A stretch of DNA of 62,211 nucleotides, filler included. It is 8 parts of 8 records of this genome, joined end to end, with 100 filler letters (N's around TTAATTAATTAA, not from the genome) between each part and the next. Parts side by side here need not be neighbours in the genome. Positions count along the whole stretch, not along the records: positions 1 to 9,258 come from SRR31147125_43419; positions 9,359 to 19,149 come from SRR31147125_43498; 6 more parts are not named here. The stretch is one strand, 5' to 3'. The position numbers were made by a program, and so were the translations under genes. Of this stretch, positions 1 through 10,967 are shown in pieces; within the stretch, counting starts at the first letter, position 1; each line of letters opens with the position of its first letter. A model generated the notes under the pieces. That model was given only the letters and a program-made list of their open reading frames with translations. It had not been told where the DNA came from and made no database searches.

Positions 1-247
1 AAGCCTTTCTCACAATCAAAAAAAACAAAAACTAATCAGCGAATATCTCCGTAAAAATTCAACCTGATAAACGACGGTGAGTATTTATTCTCACAGTCGT
101 ATCTTTTTACATTTTCAATGCACTTTTGATCCAAAGCTTCAATCTGAAAAAATTTTTCTCTGATCGCTTGCAAATCAGGAAAATATCGCTATGATTAAAC
201 ATTAAATATTTATCACTAATAAAATCTAAACATGCAGTAGACTCTCA

Positions 248-1775
248 ATGACCGATATTAATGAAATAATTACAGCAGAAATTGCGCTGCCATCCCCCCT
301 GCCATTGCCGTGCAGATTCTCAACACGGTGCAGAATAAAGAGAGTGGGCTGGATGATCTGACCAAGATTATTGCAACAGATCCTTCGCTCACGGGGAAAA
401 TGCTTCAGTTGGCAAATACCGGTTTTTACGCTCTGACTAACAAGGTGACCAGCATCGACAGAGCACTATCGGTTCTCGGCACAAATGCGATCAAAAACAT
501 CGCCCTCTCCTTTGTCATTGCGACAGATCTCCGTGAAGCCGGCGAAGGGAACAATTTTGACCTTGATCGGTACTGGCGCCACTGCGTCACTGCTGCAGTG
601 GCTTCGGAACTGCTGTGCCAGGAACTCCAACAGAAAAATGAAGATATTTTTGTCACCACTCTGCTTCACAACATCGGCATGCTGGTGATGTCGATGCAGA
701 AGAAAGAAGTGTATTTCCATCTTCTACAGGACGTCAGCCTGACCGGATCAAACCTGACAGAAGCCGAACAGGCAACCTTCGGATTTGATCACCAACAGGT
801 CGGCGAACTGCTGATCAAAAATTGGGGACTTCCTGAAACGATCTCTGCTCCCATCGGCTGTCACCATCAACCGGAATCGGTCACTGGCGAGGTTCAAGCA
901 ACAGCCTTTCTGATTAATTTTGCCGACCGGATGGCCAACGCTTATGTCGATTCCGGCAGCGCTGAAAGGGTTCGCCTGCTGCAGTCAGAACTTGCAGACA
1001 AGTACGACCTTGACGATCAGGATGTACGTGTTCTGCTGGACCAGGTCGCTGAAAAGAGCATCGAGATACTTAAGACATTCGAAATCGATCCGGGTGACAT
1101 GAAACCCTACTCACAGCTGCTGCAGGAAGCCAACGAAGAACTGGGGCGCCTGAACCTGAGTTACGAGCAGCTGGTTATCGAACTGAAAGAGGCCAAAGAG
1201 AAGTCGGAGCAACTCGCCAGAGAACTCAGTGACGCCAATACCCGTCTGAACGACCTGGTCTATACCGACTCGCTGACAGGGCTCTACAATCACAGATTCT
1301 TTCAACAGTGCCTGGACACCGAGCTGTCGAGAGCAGAACGCTATAATTTCTCGGTATCGCTGATCCTGTTCGATATCGATCATTTCAAAAAGGTTAACGA
1401 CACATACGGACATCAAGCGGGAGATCAGGTCTTAAAGAGCCTGGCTCTGGCGATTAAAGATTCAATTCGGCCCAGCGACATTCTCGCGCGTTACGGGGGG
1501 AAGAATTCGCCGTCATCCTGCCACAGACGGATCTCGCTGGGCTGAAAGTTTTTGCTGCACGGATCAGACGCTGTGTGGAGGGGGTTATCACCGAGTATGA
1601 AGAGCATCAGATTATGGTAACAACGAGTCTGGGAGGGACGACTTTCAGTCCGGACCAGATGAAGACAACCAAAGAAGTGCTCTTTGAAACAGCAGATCGA
1701 GCTCTTTATATTTCAAAAAACAACGGCCGGAACCAGGCGACCATCCTGGCTACGGACAATGCTCCCTCTCACTAA
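248..1775 (+). CDS. HDOD-GGDEF diguanylate cyclase, paralog 1 (two apparent -1 homopolymer frameshifts)
   Basis: ATG 248 reads [16 protein letters not shown], then shifts at the C6 run near 294-299 into ORF 310-1545 (HDOD motifs [20 protein letters not shown]; coiled coil; [23 protein letters not shown]). The G6 run near 1495-1500 breaks RYGGEEF. The C-terminus continues in ORF 1575-1775 ([14 protein letters not shown]). Confidence 0.9.
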
Positions 1776-1793
1776 CGAAGTCGGATTTTTTGC

Positions 1794-3334
1794 ATGCAAT
1801 CAAATGAAAAATTTCAACAGATCATGGATCTGATCAGTCAGGACATCAACCTGCCTTCCCCCCAGCCATTGCAGTCAAAATTCTGGACGCTGTCAACAGA
1901 GACGATAGCGGCCTGGCAGAGCTGGGAGACATCATCTCATCGGACCCGTCACTGACAGCAAAAATGCTGAAAGTTGCCAACTCCGAGATTTTTGCGCGCA
2001 ATGGCAACATCTCGACGATCAATCGAGCAGCGACGGTTCTGGGAACCAATCTGATCAAGAACATTGCCTTGTCGTTTATTATTTCGGAAAATCTCAGCGA
2101 TGGGCACAACGGGTTCGATTTTGATTTCTTCTGGCGGCATTCTGTCACAACGGCCGTTTCTGCTGAAAAAATTGTCAAAACGACCAATAACAGGAACGAC
2201 GACATCTTCGTGTCTGCCCTGCTGCAGGACATTGGATCCCTGATCATGGTCCTGACTAAAGGGGATGAGTACGTCAAATTGATCAACGAAGCGGAGCTGA
2301 CCGGTCCGCAGCGAGAGGTCCTGGAGCAGGACAAGTATGGGTTCACACACATGCAGGTCGGATACGCTCTGCTGACCAGCTGGAAGATTCCGGAGAGCAT
2401 CACTGAACCGATTCTCTACCACCATCAGCCGGAAGAGTGCCCGGAGGAATCAAAACACGCCGCTGAATATCTCAGTTATGCGTCACAACTGGCAGATATC
2501 TTCCTCTCCGACCAGATCGGTGAAAAAGCACGCAACCTGTCAGACAGCTTGACGGAACGTTTCAAGATGAGCGCCGACCAGGTCAACACCCTACTCGACG
2601 ACACCGCGGACGAATGCCGTGAAGTGCTCAACAGTTTTGACCTCGATCCTGGAGATATGCGCCCCTACTCCGTCATGCTGCAGGAAGCGAATGCATCTCT
2701 GGCGCAACTGCATCTGAGCACGGAACAGGCTCTGCTCGAAATGCAAGAAGCGAAACACCGCTCTGACAAACTCGCGCAAGAACTGAGAGATGCCAACACC
2801 CGGCTGAAAGAATTGGTCTACCGTGATGGCTTGACCGGGCTGTACAACCATCGCTATTTTCACGAATCTCTCTCGAACGAGCTGTCTCGTGCCATCCGCT
2901 ATCAAAGCTCTTTCTCTTTGATCCTTTTTGACGTCGATCATTTCAAAAAAGTCAACGATACTTACGGGCACCCGGCCGGGGATCAGGTCCTGATGAATAT
3001 CTCCCGGGCTGTCTGCAGCGCGGTTCGCCCAAGCGATATTATCGCGCGGCACGGAGGTGAAGAGTTCGCCGTCATTCTGCCGGAAACAAACGCGGCCGGA
3101 GCCAAAGTATTCGCCGCGCGACTGAGACGCTGTGTCGAAGGGATTGCGACCCTGGTCGATGGACAACTGATCTACGTCACCATCAGTGCCGGAACAACAA
3201 CATTTACAAAAGACACCTCCCATGCTGACAAGGACTTTCTGATTGAAACGGCAGACCGCGCGCTCTACTCCGCCAAGCAGAATGGCCGCAATCAGGTTGT
3301 TGCCCTGCTTCCAAAGCCGGAAGTCACAATTTAA
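1794..3334 (+). CDS. HDOD-GGDEF diguanylate cyclase, paralog 2 (one apparent frameshift near 1860)
   Basis: ATG 1794 reads MQSNEK...INLPS, and the C6 run at 1858-1863 joins it to the frame of ORF 1964-3334. Intact RPSD I-site and HGGEEF motif. Confidence 0.92.
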
Positions 3335-3434
3335 AGTGTCTACGGTTGTCTGATTTCCGGCTTCTCTGCTGGATTCATTAAGATTGTCATGATATTTTTG
3401 GTGACAGGCGAAAAGAGAGGACCGCGTTATTGTC

Positions 3435-4567
3435 ATGGCAACAGACAACCTGGGAACATATCAACTTGAGCCAACCGATAAAGGTGTCAAGTTACAGTTG
3501 CAGGGGAATTGGCGCCTGCAATCTGCGCTTCCAGACGTCACTCCTCTGACGGCTGAGATCCTGTCAAGAAACCTGAATCTCTCCACTTTGATTGCCACAA
3601 TCTCACGTCCTGGGATACCGGCCTGATGACATTTCTGGTGAGCCTGATCCACACCTGTCGCGACAACAACATCCAGGTGAATCAGGATCAGCTTCCGAAC
3701 GGTGTCAAGAAACTGCTGCAACTCTCTTTTTCCGTGCCGGAACGCCGTAGTCAGCAGCGTAGCGTCCTTGGCCAACCCGTTCTGGCCAAAATCGGCAACA
3801 TCACAATTGAGGCACACCGGAACTGGAACGACATGCTCTCCTTTACCGGGGACATTTTCGTTGCCTTCACCCGTTTTTTGAGGGGAAAAGCCCGATTCCG
3901 CAAATCTGACCTGCTTTTCCAGCTGGAACAGGCAGGACCGTCCGCTCTGTTTATCGTCACCCTGATCAGCGTTCTGGTCGGAATGATCCTGGCCTTTGTC
4001 GGCGCCGTTCAACTGCGCCTGTTTGGTGCTGAAATCTTTATCGCCAACCTTGTCGGCCTTGGGATGGCCCGCGAGATGGGTGCGATGATGACCGCCATTA
4101 TCATGGCTGGCCGCACTGGTGCGGCCTACGCCGCCCTGCTCGGGACCATGCAGGTCAACGAGGAAATTGATGCCCTCAAAACGATCGCTGTGTCACCGAT
4201 AGAATTTCTTGTCCTTCCGCGCTTGATTGCTCTTTTTCTGACCATGCCGCTTTTGTGCATCTATGCTGATTTCATGGGCATTATCGGTGGCGGGATTGTC
4301 AGCGCGACGATGCTTGATATCTCATTCTTCCAATATTTCCAGCAGATCCAGGGATTTGTCGAATTGAGACATTTCGTCATCGGAATCATTAAAGCAGCCA
4401 TCTTCGGTATACTGATTGCCTCAGCCGGGTGTTTTCGGGGGCTCCAGTGCGGTCGCAGCGCTTCAGCTGTCGGCTTTGCGGCCACAAGCGCTGTGGTCAC
4501 CTCAATCGTTCTGATTATCGTTGCCGATGCCATCATCACCGTTCTCTGTCAAGTTATTGGAGTGTAG
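3435..4567 (+). CDS. mlaE: MlaE-family ABC permease with N-terminal STAS-like extension (frameshift near 3567)
   Basis: ORF 3435-3626 joins the 3626 frame (…HFDCHNLTSWDTGLMTFL). MlaE motifs REMGAMMTAIIMAGRTGAA and MQVNEEIDAL. Confidence 0.88.
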
Positions 4568-4569
4568 CA

Positions 4570-5357
4570 ATGAGCCAGACACCTCATCTTGACATCAACA
4601 ACCTGACCATGGCCTACGGTGAATCGATCATTCAAAAAGACGTGACCTTTTCCGTCGCAAAAGGCGAAATTTTCATCATCATGGGCGGAAGCGGCTGTGG
4701 TAAAAGCACCCTGCTGCGTCACCTGGTCGGCCTCATGGAGCCGGCGGCCGGAACGATTAAAATGAACGGAACAGATCTGTGGGGAGCGTCAGAAGCAGAC
4801 CGGAACGCCATGATCCGCCGCTGTGGGGTTCTCTTCAAGGGGGCGCACTCTGGAGCTCAATGACCCTGGGAGAAAACATCGAACTTGTTCTACGCGAGTA
4901 TACGGACCTGGGCAGAAAACAGATCCACGATGTCGTCCGTTACAAACTCTCCCTGGTTGGCCTGTCCCGTTTTACCGATTACTATCCGTCCGAAATCAGC
5001 GGTGGCATGCGCAAGCGTGCCGGTTTAGCACGGGCGATTGCTCTCGACCCGGAGATTCTTTTCTTTGATGAGCCCTCGGCCGGGCTCGACCCTGTCAGTT
5101 CACGCTCACTCGATGATCTGATCCTTGAATTGCGAGACAGTCTCGGCGCAACCATTGTCATTGTCAGCCACGAACTGGCGAGCATTTTTTCAGTCGGCGA
5201 CAATGCGATCTTTCTCGACCCGACCGAGAAAACGATCATCGCTACAGGCAATCCGAATCATCTTCTGGAAACATCGGAAGATCCACGCGTCATTCAATTT
5301 TTGACCCGTGCAAATGAAAACACAGTCCATAAAGAGACCGCTCATGCAGAGACGTAA
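4570..5357 (+). CDS. mlaF: MlaF-family ABC ATP-binding protein (frameshift near 4835)
   Basis: Walker A GGSGCGKS in ORF 4429-4863. Signature ISGGMRKR and Walker B ILFFDEP in ORF 4779-5357. Confidence 0.9.
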
Positions 5358-6432
5358 ACGAGTCGACCCACGCGTTATCGGCAGTTTTGTTGTTGGTGCC
5401 GTCATTCTCAGTGTCGCCGGACTTTTATTTTTCGGACCTGGGGGAGTTCTGTCAGAGACGCGCAGCTACGTCATCTATTTCGACAGCTCCGTTAAAGGGC
5501 TAAATGTTGGCTCCCCTGTCCGCTTTCGCGGTGTAAAAATCGGCCAGATTCGAGAGATCAATGTCCGTGTACGCCCCAGTGATTTTGAGTTCAACATTCC
5601 TGTCGTGATTGAGATCGAACCGTCACGGATCAAAGCGGAAGGGACCAAGAAAGGCTTGATTGAAGCTTTTAAGTCAACGGTTCAGGGTGGCGACCCGATG
5701 CAGTCATTGGTTGAAAAGGGCTTAAGAGCCCAACTGCAGCTCGACAGCCTGGTCACCGGTCAACTGTATATCAATTTTGACATGCACACCGATGCCCCGC
5801 TGAACCTGACTGGCTACACCAGTGAATATCCGGAGCTGCCGTCGATCAGTTCAAGCCTGGAAGAGCTGACCAAAACTATTGAAGACCTGCCACTGCGCGA
5901 ATTGGTGAACAAATTGATCCGCTCAGCGGAAGGGTTCGATAAAATCGTCAACTCACCGGAACTTCACAGTGCCATTGTCAAATTCGACAACACGGCAACG
6001 GAGTTGAACACATTGATCAGGAATCTGAACGAGAAAGTTCTTCCCTTTATCGATCAGCTGACCACGACAATCGGCCAGATGCAATCAACCCTGGCCGGTC
6101 TGGACAGGAAGATCGATCCCTTGGCTCTGGAACTGACTTCAACCCTTGAGCAGGCGCGCACAACCTTGAAGAACATCGACGGCAAGGTTGATCCACTATC
6201 TGATGAATTCAGCCAGGCCCTCACGACATTCGAAACCACTGTTCAAAGAGCCAATGTAACAATTGGTCAGTTTCAGAATCTATCCTCCAGAGACTCTCAA
6301 TTGTTGAAACAGGTGAGTACAACTTTGAAGGAGGTCAACCTGGCCGCTAGAGATGCCCGCGTCCTGATTAATGAACTTGAACAAGACCCGCAGATACTGC
6401 TGCGTGGTCGCACCGGCGGAGGAAACGAATAA
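5344..6432 (+). CDS. MlaD/MCE-domain protein (PqiB-like helical tail)
   Basis: N-terminal TM helix, MCE motif GLNVGSPVRFRGVKIGQI, long helical region, C-terminal PQILLRGR. Confidence 0.9.
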   Translation: MQRRKRVDPRVIGSFVVGAVILSVAGLLFFGPGGVLSETRSYVIYFDSSVKGLNVGSPVRFRGVKIGQIREINVRVRPSDFEFNIPVVIEIEPSRIKAEGTKKGLIEAFKSTVQGGDPMQSLVEKGLRAQLQLDSLVTGQLYINFDMHTDAPLNLTGYTSEYPELPSISSSLEELTKTIEDLPLRELVNKLIRSAEGFDKIVNSPELHSAIVKFDNTATELNTLIRNLNEKVLPFIDQLTTTIGQMQSTLAGLDRKIDPLALELTSTLEQARTTLKNIDGKVDPLSDEFSQALTTFETTVQRANVTIGQFQNLSSRDSQLLKQVSTTLKEVNLAARDARVLINELEQDPQILLRGRTGGGNE

Positions 6433-6992
6433 TGCGTTATCTGCTTTTATTAATGACCCTGCTCTGCTGTTCATGCATTCAACTTGGCGGACCGGCTCCG
6501 GAACGTGACTATTACCGCCTTGCCAGCCTCACGACAGAGGACAAAGAAAGCAAATCGATAACATCAACTATTAGCTTAGAGCTCGTTGATTTTCCTGAGT
6601 TTTTAAACAAGTCTCAGATTGTCACCCGCGATCATAATTTTCGCGTTCTACCAGCCGAGAACGCTTACTGGGCAGAACCTCTGGGCGATAACGTGTTAAG
6701 AACTTTGCGCGTCAACTTGAAACGACTTGCCCCTCAGACGTCCATTTATCTGATGCCCTGGGAGTCTGGAGATCCGAACAGCATTAAAGTCGCGTTGATC
6801 GTTAACGATTTCAGCGCGATCTCCAATAACCAGCTGGCAGTTGATGTCGACTGGACCATCACGAAAAACGGCCAGACTTTTCAGGGGCGCTTCATCGACA
6901 ACAGAGAAATCGGTGCGTCCTACTCCGACCTCGCCGCAGCGCTGAGTGAATCTCTCGCTGAGCTCAGTCGTTTGCTGAGCGATAACATTTGA
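6432..6992 (+). CDS. PqiC-family ABC auxiliary lipoprotein
   Basis: Lipobox-like LLCCSC, motifs FPEFLNKSQIV and WAEPL; follows the MCE gene. Confidence 0.8.
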   Translation: MRYLLLLMTLLCCSCIQLGGPAPERDYYRLASLTTEDKESKSITSTISLELVDFPEFLNKSQIVTRDHNFRVLPAENAYWAEPLGDNVLRTLRVNLKRLAPQTSIYLMPWESGDPNSIKVALIVNDFSAISNNQLAVDVDWTITKNGQTFQGRFIDNREIGASYSDLAAALSESLAELSRLLSDNI

Positions 6993-7001
6993 TCCATTAA
7001 A

Positions 7002-7024
7002 AAAGGGGCCTTCTCGGCCCCTTT
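7002..7024. terminator. Bidirectional rho-independent terminator
   Basis: AAAGGGGCC-TTCTC-GGCCCCTTT hairpin between convergent genes. Confidence 0.8.
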
Positions 7025-7046
7025 CTTATTTCATATTTCAACTTTT

Positions 7047-8468
7047 TCAATCCAGGATGAATGCTTCTCCCAGCCTCAGAATTTCTTCCATCCGATCATG
7101 GGTCTTCGCCTCAGCATAAAGCCGAACCACCGGCTCCGTACCCGATTTACGGAACAGCATCCAGGAACCATCTTCCAGAATGTACTTATTCCCATCCACC
7201 TTGATCACATCAACCACCTTGCAACCGCCAATCTCCTGAGGTGGATTAGCAAACTTCTTCGGCAGTACCGACTCCACCTGCGGCGACAGACGAATATTGA
7301 TCCTTCGGGTATAAATCTCACCCACCCGTGAGTACAGATCCTCCAGCAGTTCGTCAAGAGATTTCCCCTCAACAGCAACCATCTCGGCGACCATCAGACA
7401 CGCCAGAATGCCATCTTTCTCAGGCACGTGACCGGTAATGCTCATCCCGGCACTCTCCTCACCGCCAATAAGGATTTTACCTTCGCTGATGTATTCACCG
7501 ATAAACTTGAAACCAACCGGGGTTTCAAGGATCTTCACCCCGTGATATTCCGCAACGGCATCAATCAGATGTGATGTCGCGACACTACGCGCAGCGTCCC
7601 CCTTCATCCCCTTGGTCCGGATCATGTAGTCGAACAACAGGGCCAGAATATAATTCGGTTCGATGTAACGACCATCACCATCGACTATACCGAAACGATC
7701 CGCATCACCATCGGTCGCAACCCCGATCTTGATGTTCGGATCACTCTTAATCAGAGAAATAAAGTCCTGAATGTGCGCTTCGGCCGGCTCCGGGGGTTCA
7801 CCACCGAAATAAGGATCGAGCTGATCATTCATCACAACAATGTTGACGCCCGCCTCCTCCAAAAGATGATCCAGGTAGCCGCGTCCCGATCCGTACAGCG
7901 GGTTGACAGCGATCTTGATCCCCGATTTTGCAATAGCATCGAAATCAATCAGACCACGCAGAGTCGCAAAATAATCCTCACGCGGATCGATTTCGACAAA
8001 CAGGCCCTTTTCATCCGCCTCGTCAAGGAGCATGTCTTTAAAAACAATCTCTCCGAGCATCGCGTTTGCGCGTTTCTCGATATCGCCGGTCGTCTCAGGA
8101 AGCGCCGGACCGCCCCAGGCTGGTGAAAACTTAATGCCATTGTAATCATAAGGATTATGGCTGGCCGTAAAGTTGATCGCCCCTGCCGCCTGACGACGGA
8201 TCAGCTCGTGCGAAATCACCGGGGTCGGCGTATCGCGTTCGCAGAGGAACGACTTAATTCCAGCCCCGGCCAGAACCCGAACCGTTTCACGGGCAAAATC
8301 CTTACCCATAAAGCGCGCATCGTAACCGACCACAACCCCTTTGTCGGCCAGGCCTTCCTCACGCAAATGATCAGCGATCGCCTGTGTGACAACACGAACA
8401 TTGTCGAGAGTGAACTCTTCACAAAGGATTCCACGCCATCCTGACGTACCAAATTTTATCTGCGACAT
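7047..8468 (-). CDS. Phosphoglucomutase/phosphomannomutase
   Basis: IKFGTSGWRG, catalytic TASHNP, metal loop DGDADR, GEESAG, RKSGTEP. Confidence 0.95.
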   Translation of the reverse strand: MSQIKFGTSGWRGILCEEFTLDNVRVVTQAIADHLREEGLADKGVVVGYDARFMGKDFARETVRVLAGAGIKSFLCERDTPTPVISHELIRRQAAGAINFTASHNPYDYNGIKFSPAWGGPALPETTGDIEKRANAMLGEIVFKDMLLDEADEKGLFVEIDPREDYFATLRGLIDFDAIAKSGIKIAVNPLYGSGRGYLDHLLEEAGVNIVVMNDQLDPYFGGEPPEPAEAHIQDFISLIKSDPNIKIGVATDGDADRFGIVDGDGRYIEPNYILALLFDYMIRTKGMKGDAARSVATSHLIDAVAEYHGVKILETPVGFKFIGEYISEGKILIGGEESAGMSITGHVPEKDGILACLMVAEMVAVEGKSLDELLEDLYSRVGEIYTRRINIRLSPQVESVLPKKFANPPQEIGGCKVVDVIKVDGNKYILEDGSWMLFRKSGTEPVVRLYAEAKTHDRMEEILRLGEAFILD

Positions 8469-8549
8469 GAATACAACCCTCCTGTCGGTAAGTTATGAAT
8501 ATCAATGAATAGAATAGCACAAAGACGGGACATTTGAGGCTTGAAATGA

Positions 8550-8843
8550 TTATTTTTCCTGCTCATCATCGGAAGAACACATCCTGACATATGGACAGTC
8601 CTCCGGAAGAATTCCGGCTCGAACAATGTCCGGTGTCAACTGGGTGCACTCCGGGTGTTCTTGAAAACGGCGAACATAAACCCGGCAGAGGTTGGTTTCC
8701 GTATCCAGATGGCGGCAAGGAATCTTCGAATAGAAGATTTTCCCGCGATAATCGTACTTTTCGTAGCAGCAACGCCCACAACGCTCGCAGACTGCGTCCC
8801 ACTCCTGCTGATCAAGATGTTCGATATTTCGTTGTGTCGTCAT
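8550..8843 (-). CDS. YkgJ/YcgN-type cysteine-cluster protein
   Basis: CERCGRCC, then C-x8-C and further Cys residues. Start taken at MTTQRN. Confidence 0.8.
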   Translation of the reverse strand: MTTQRNIEHLDQQEWDAVCERCGRCCYEKYDYRGKIFYSKIPCRHLDTETNLCRVYVRRFQEHPECTQLTPDIVRAGILPEDCPYVRMCSSDDEQEK

Positions 8844-9199
8844 CAGTGCCTGCCTCGAAAAGTATATATTCAGAATACTGCTGGACCTGAGACCTGCCAA
8901 GAGGTATTTCAGATTTTATTCAGGGATTTTTGGTATAGATTAAATGACACAGAGCCAAATATTACGATAGCGCAGCTTGAGAAATTAACTGCCGCCCTCA
9001 ATTTTGCCCCTTGATCTGGAGAGATCAAACACAAGCACCAATAATCATCATAGAACGAGTTTTAATGGATTATTAATTAATCAAATTGTTATGCTACTTC
9101 TTATAGGTGAGGAGATAAACACAGGATTTGCAGGAAAACATCTGGCCACGCAAAACATGGAATCGCATTTCCAGTTTTGCCACTTAATATATGACTAAA

Positions 9200-9246
9200 T
9201 GGAAAATCTTCCAATCTATAGACTGTGCTATATGGAAAGTTTTCCA
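9200..9246. promoter_or_regulatory. Pair of palindromic operators TGGAAA-N2-(T/C)TTCCA
   Basis: TGGAAAATCTTCCA (9200-9213) and TGGAAAGTTTTCCA (9233-9246), 33 bp apart, in an AT-rich intergenic stretch. Confidence 0.55.
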
Positions 9247-9258
9247 CTTAACACTAAT

Positions 9259-9358
9259 NNNNNNNNNNNNNNNNNNNNNNNNNNNNNNNNNNNNNNNNNN
9301 NNTTAATTAATTAANNNNNNNNNNNNNNNNNNNNNNNNNNNNNNNNNNNNNNNNNNNN
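9259..9358. other. Artificial contig linker (N44-TTAATTAATTAA-N44)
   Basis: N runs flank a six-frame stop spacer; the same linker occurs seven times. Confidence 0.99.
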
Positions 9359-9840
9359 AGCAGGGCAGCCGCCATTGCCAACACGCCCGTACCCGTTCCG
9401 ATATCCAGGGTGCGCATGCCCCTTGTCCCGCCGCCCTTCTTAATCTGTCGTACAATCCAATCGATCGCCTTTAGCGACAGAAGGGTGGTTGGATGATCAC
9501 CCCTGCCGAAGGCCGATCCGCATTGGACCATCAGATTAAGGCATTCCGACGGATTGTCTTTTCGGTCGACCGGGGCGTTGAGCGACAACCGCTCTGAAAT
9601 CGCTATGGCGCCACAGGAGGCCATCTCGATATGGGTTGAGGAGAAATGGTGCGTATAGGCCAATATACCCTGGGACACCATTGTTCGAATCGTCTTACGG
9701 AATCGCTTTCGGCCCATTTCTGGAAAATGCGCCGAAAGCGCAGCGACCAAATCGGTGGGCGTCATGCGCAGGTGCGTTTCACACAACAGTTGGCTTATGT
9801 ACTGTTTGATTAGGTCTGAGGCGGTATCGCTACCGGCCAT
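9359..9840 (-). CDS. PrmA-like (L11 methyltransferase family) protein with N-terminal extension, truncated by contig end
   Basis: AFGRGDHPTT and LDIGTGTGVLA motifs. Confidence 0.75.
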
Positions 9841-9875
9841 TCTGTTCTTTCCCGAGTTGCATGTAAATCAAAAAC

Positions 9876-10241
9876 CTATTTGCCCGCACCTGGTCCCGGC
9901 TCATCCTCGATTGCCTTCAGCTGTTCGATATACCAGCGGGCAAATTCATACATGCCGATGAAGCGATCATCATCGTTGATGATTCCCAGCGCCATCTCCA
10001 GAACTCCCCGGCCATAAGCATTGCTGTAATCTTCATGACCGCACTGTTGCAGAAACTCCCTCACCAGCTGTTGGGTGGTGCGCTTGGTAGCGTCCCGGCG
10101 AATATCGATGGGATCTTTGGGCTCCTCGAACGGATCCCAGCGATCATAACCTATCTTCTCAATTCTTTTACGGGCACGTGGCGACATGCCTTCGTAGATG
10201 GCCTTTTTTCTGGCGGCCGTTTCATCTGACAACTGCGTCAT
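9876..10241 (-). CDS. Hypothetical protein
   Basis: Clean 121-aa ORF with GGGGG RBS, tightly packed between co-oriented neighbours. Confidence 0.75.
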   Translation of the reverse strand: MTQLSDETAARKKAIYEGMSPRARKRIEKIGYDRWDPFEEPKDPIDIRRDATKRTTQQLVREFLQQCGHEDYSNAYGRGVLEMALGIINDDDRFIGMYEFARWYIEQLKAIEDEPGPGAGK

Positions 10242-10249
10242 GACGCCCC

Positions 10250-10924
10250 CTATTCTTTCTCTGGCGCTTCATCTTCAGGTTTGGTTACGACCCCCAGATA
10301 CTCCTCGGTATAGTCGGTCAACAGAGCCATGGAGAGTGGTACCAGCATTTCGGCCAGCTTAGGATAACGGCTTTTGATCGCCTGCGCCAATTTCGCAGAA
10401 ATCCCATAGAGCCTCTGGTAAACCGCATCCAGCTTGAGTGTCGGATAGGGTTTACCCTCTTCAAAGCCACTAATCCCGCATGTGTGCGCCCTGCCTCCGA
10501 TCTCCGTCGGAATGCCGTACACACGGCAAGTGATGGGTCGCACCTCGTAAATGGCGCAACGCTCATCATCGTTCAAGGCCGGGCAGCGCACTCGCTGGAG
10601 CGCCATCTCCTCCAATATTTCCGGTTCAGTCCTGCCCTTCTCCAGCTCCTTGACGGCCTTTCGTTTGAGTCGATGAATATCGCGGTCCGCTCTGTTCGCA
10701 CGCTCTAAAAGCTCTTCCAGCGATGCACCCTCAAACCGCTTTGCCATCTCTGTGCGAATATAAAGGGCCTCTATCAAAGTGATGTCAAAGAGGGCATGGC
10801 AACAATCAGCACAACGCTCTTTGCAGCGAACGCACTCAGCGTATTCGTTTTTGACACGATCAAAGGCAGCATCAATCTGCTTGACCAGGGCCAGATACTG
10901 TTCGAAAAATGGTTCAAAATTCAT
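10250..10924 (-). CDS. YkgJ-family (CxxCxxCC-like) Zn/Fe-S cluster protein
   Basis: CKERCADCC, RCPALNDDERCAIYEVRPITCRVYG. Confidence 0.88.
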   Translation of the reverse strand: MNFEPFFEQYLALVKQIDAAFDRVKNEYAECVRCKERCADCCHALFDITLIEALYIRTEMAKRFEGASLEELLERANRADRDIHRLKRKAVKELEKGRTEPEILEEMALQRVRCPALNDDERCAIYEVRPITCRVYGIPTEIGGRAHTCGISGFEEGKPYPTLKLDAVYQRLYGISAKLAQAIKSRYPKLAEMLVPLSMALLTDYTEEYLGVVTKPEDEAPEKE

Positions 10925-10939
10925 TATGCATCTCCTGAC

Positions 10940-10955
10940 TGTTTCACGTGAAACA
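10940..10955. promoter_or_regulatory. parS: parS centromere-like site
   Basis: Perfect 16-bp palindrome TGTTTCACGTGAAACA, identical to the universal parS consensus, next to origin-proximal genes. Confidence 0.92.
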
Positions 10956-10967
10956 ATTTAAACCCAA

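Noticed and set aside
1492-1508. Phase variation via a poly-G tract inside the GGEEF codons of cyclase 1
   Set aside because: The same kind of one-base homopolymer indel breaks housekeeping genes across all contigs, so a sequencing error is more parsimonious.
2591-3448. Long antisense ORFs (for example 2591-3448, 29751-30686, 49794-50477, 55008-55859)
   Set aside because: They are shadows of well-supported genes on the opposite strand and have no recognisable motifs.
3624-3626. TGA as selenocysteine or readthrough joining ORFs 3435 and 3626
   Set aside because: The ORFs are in different frames, and an upstream single-A loss restores a normal MlaE.
9303-9314. TTAATTAATTAA as a biological repeat or CRISPR-like unit
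   Set aside because: It is embedded in N runs of constant length and is an assembly spacer with stops in all six frames.
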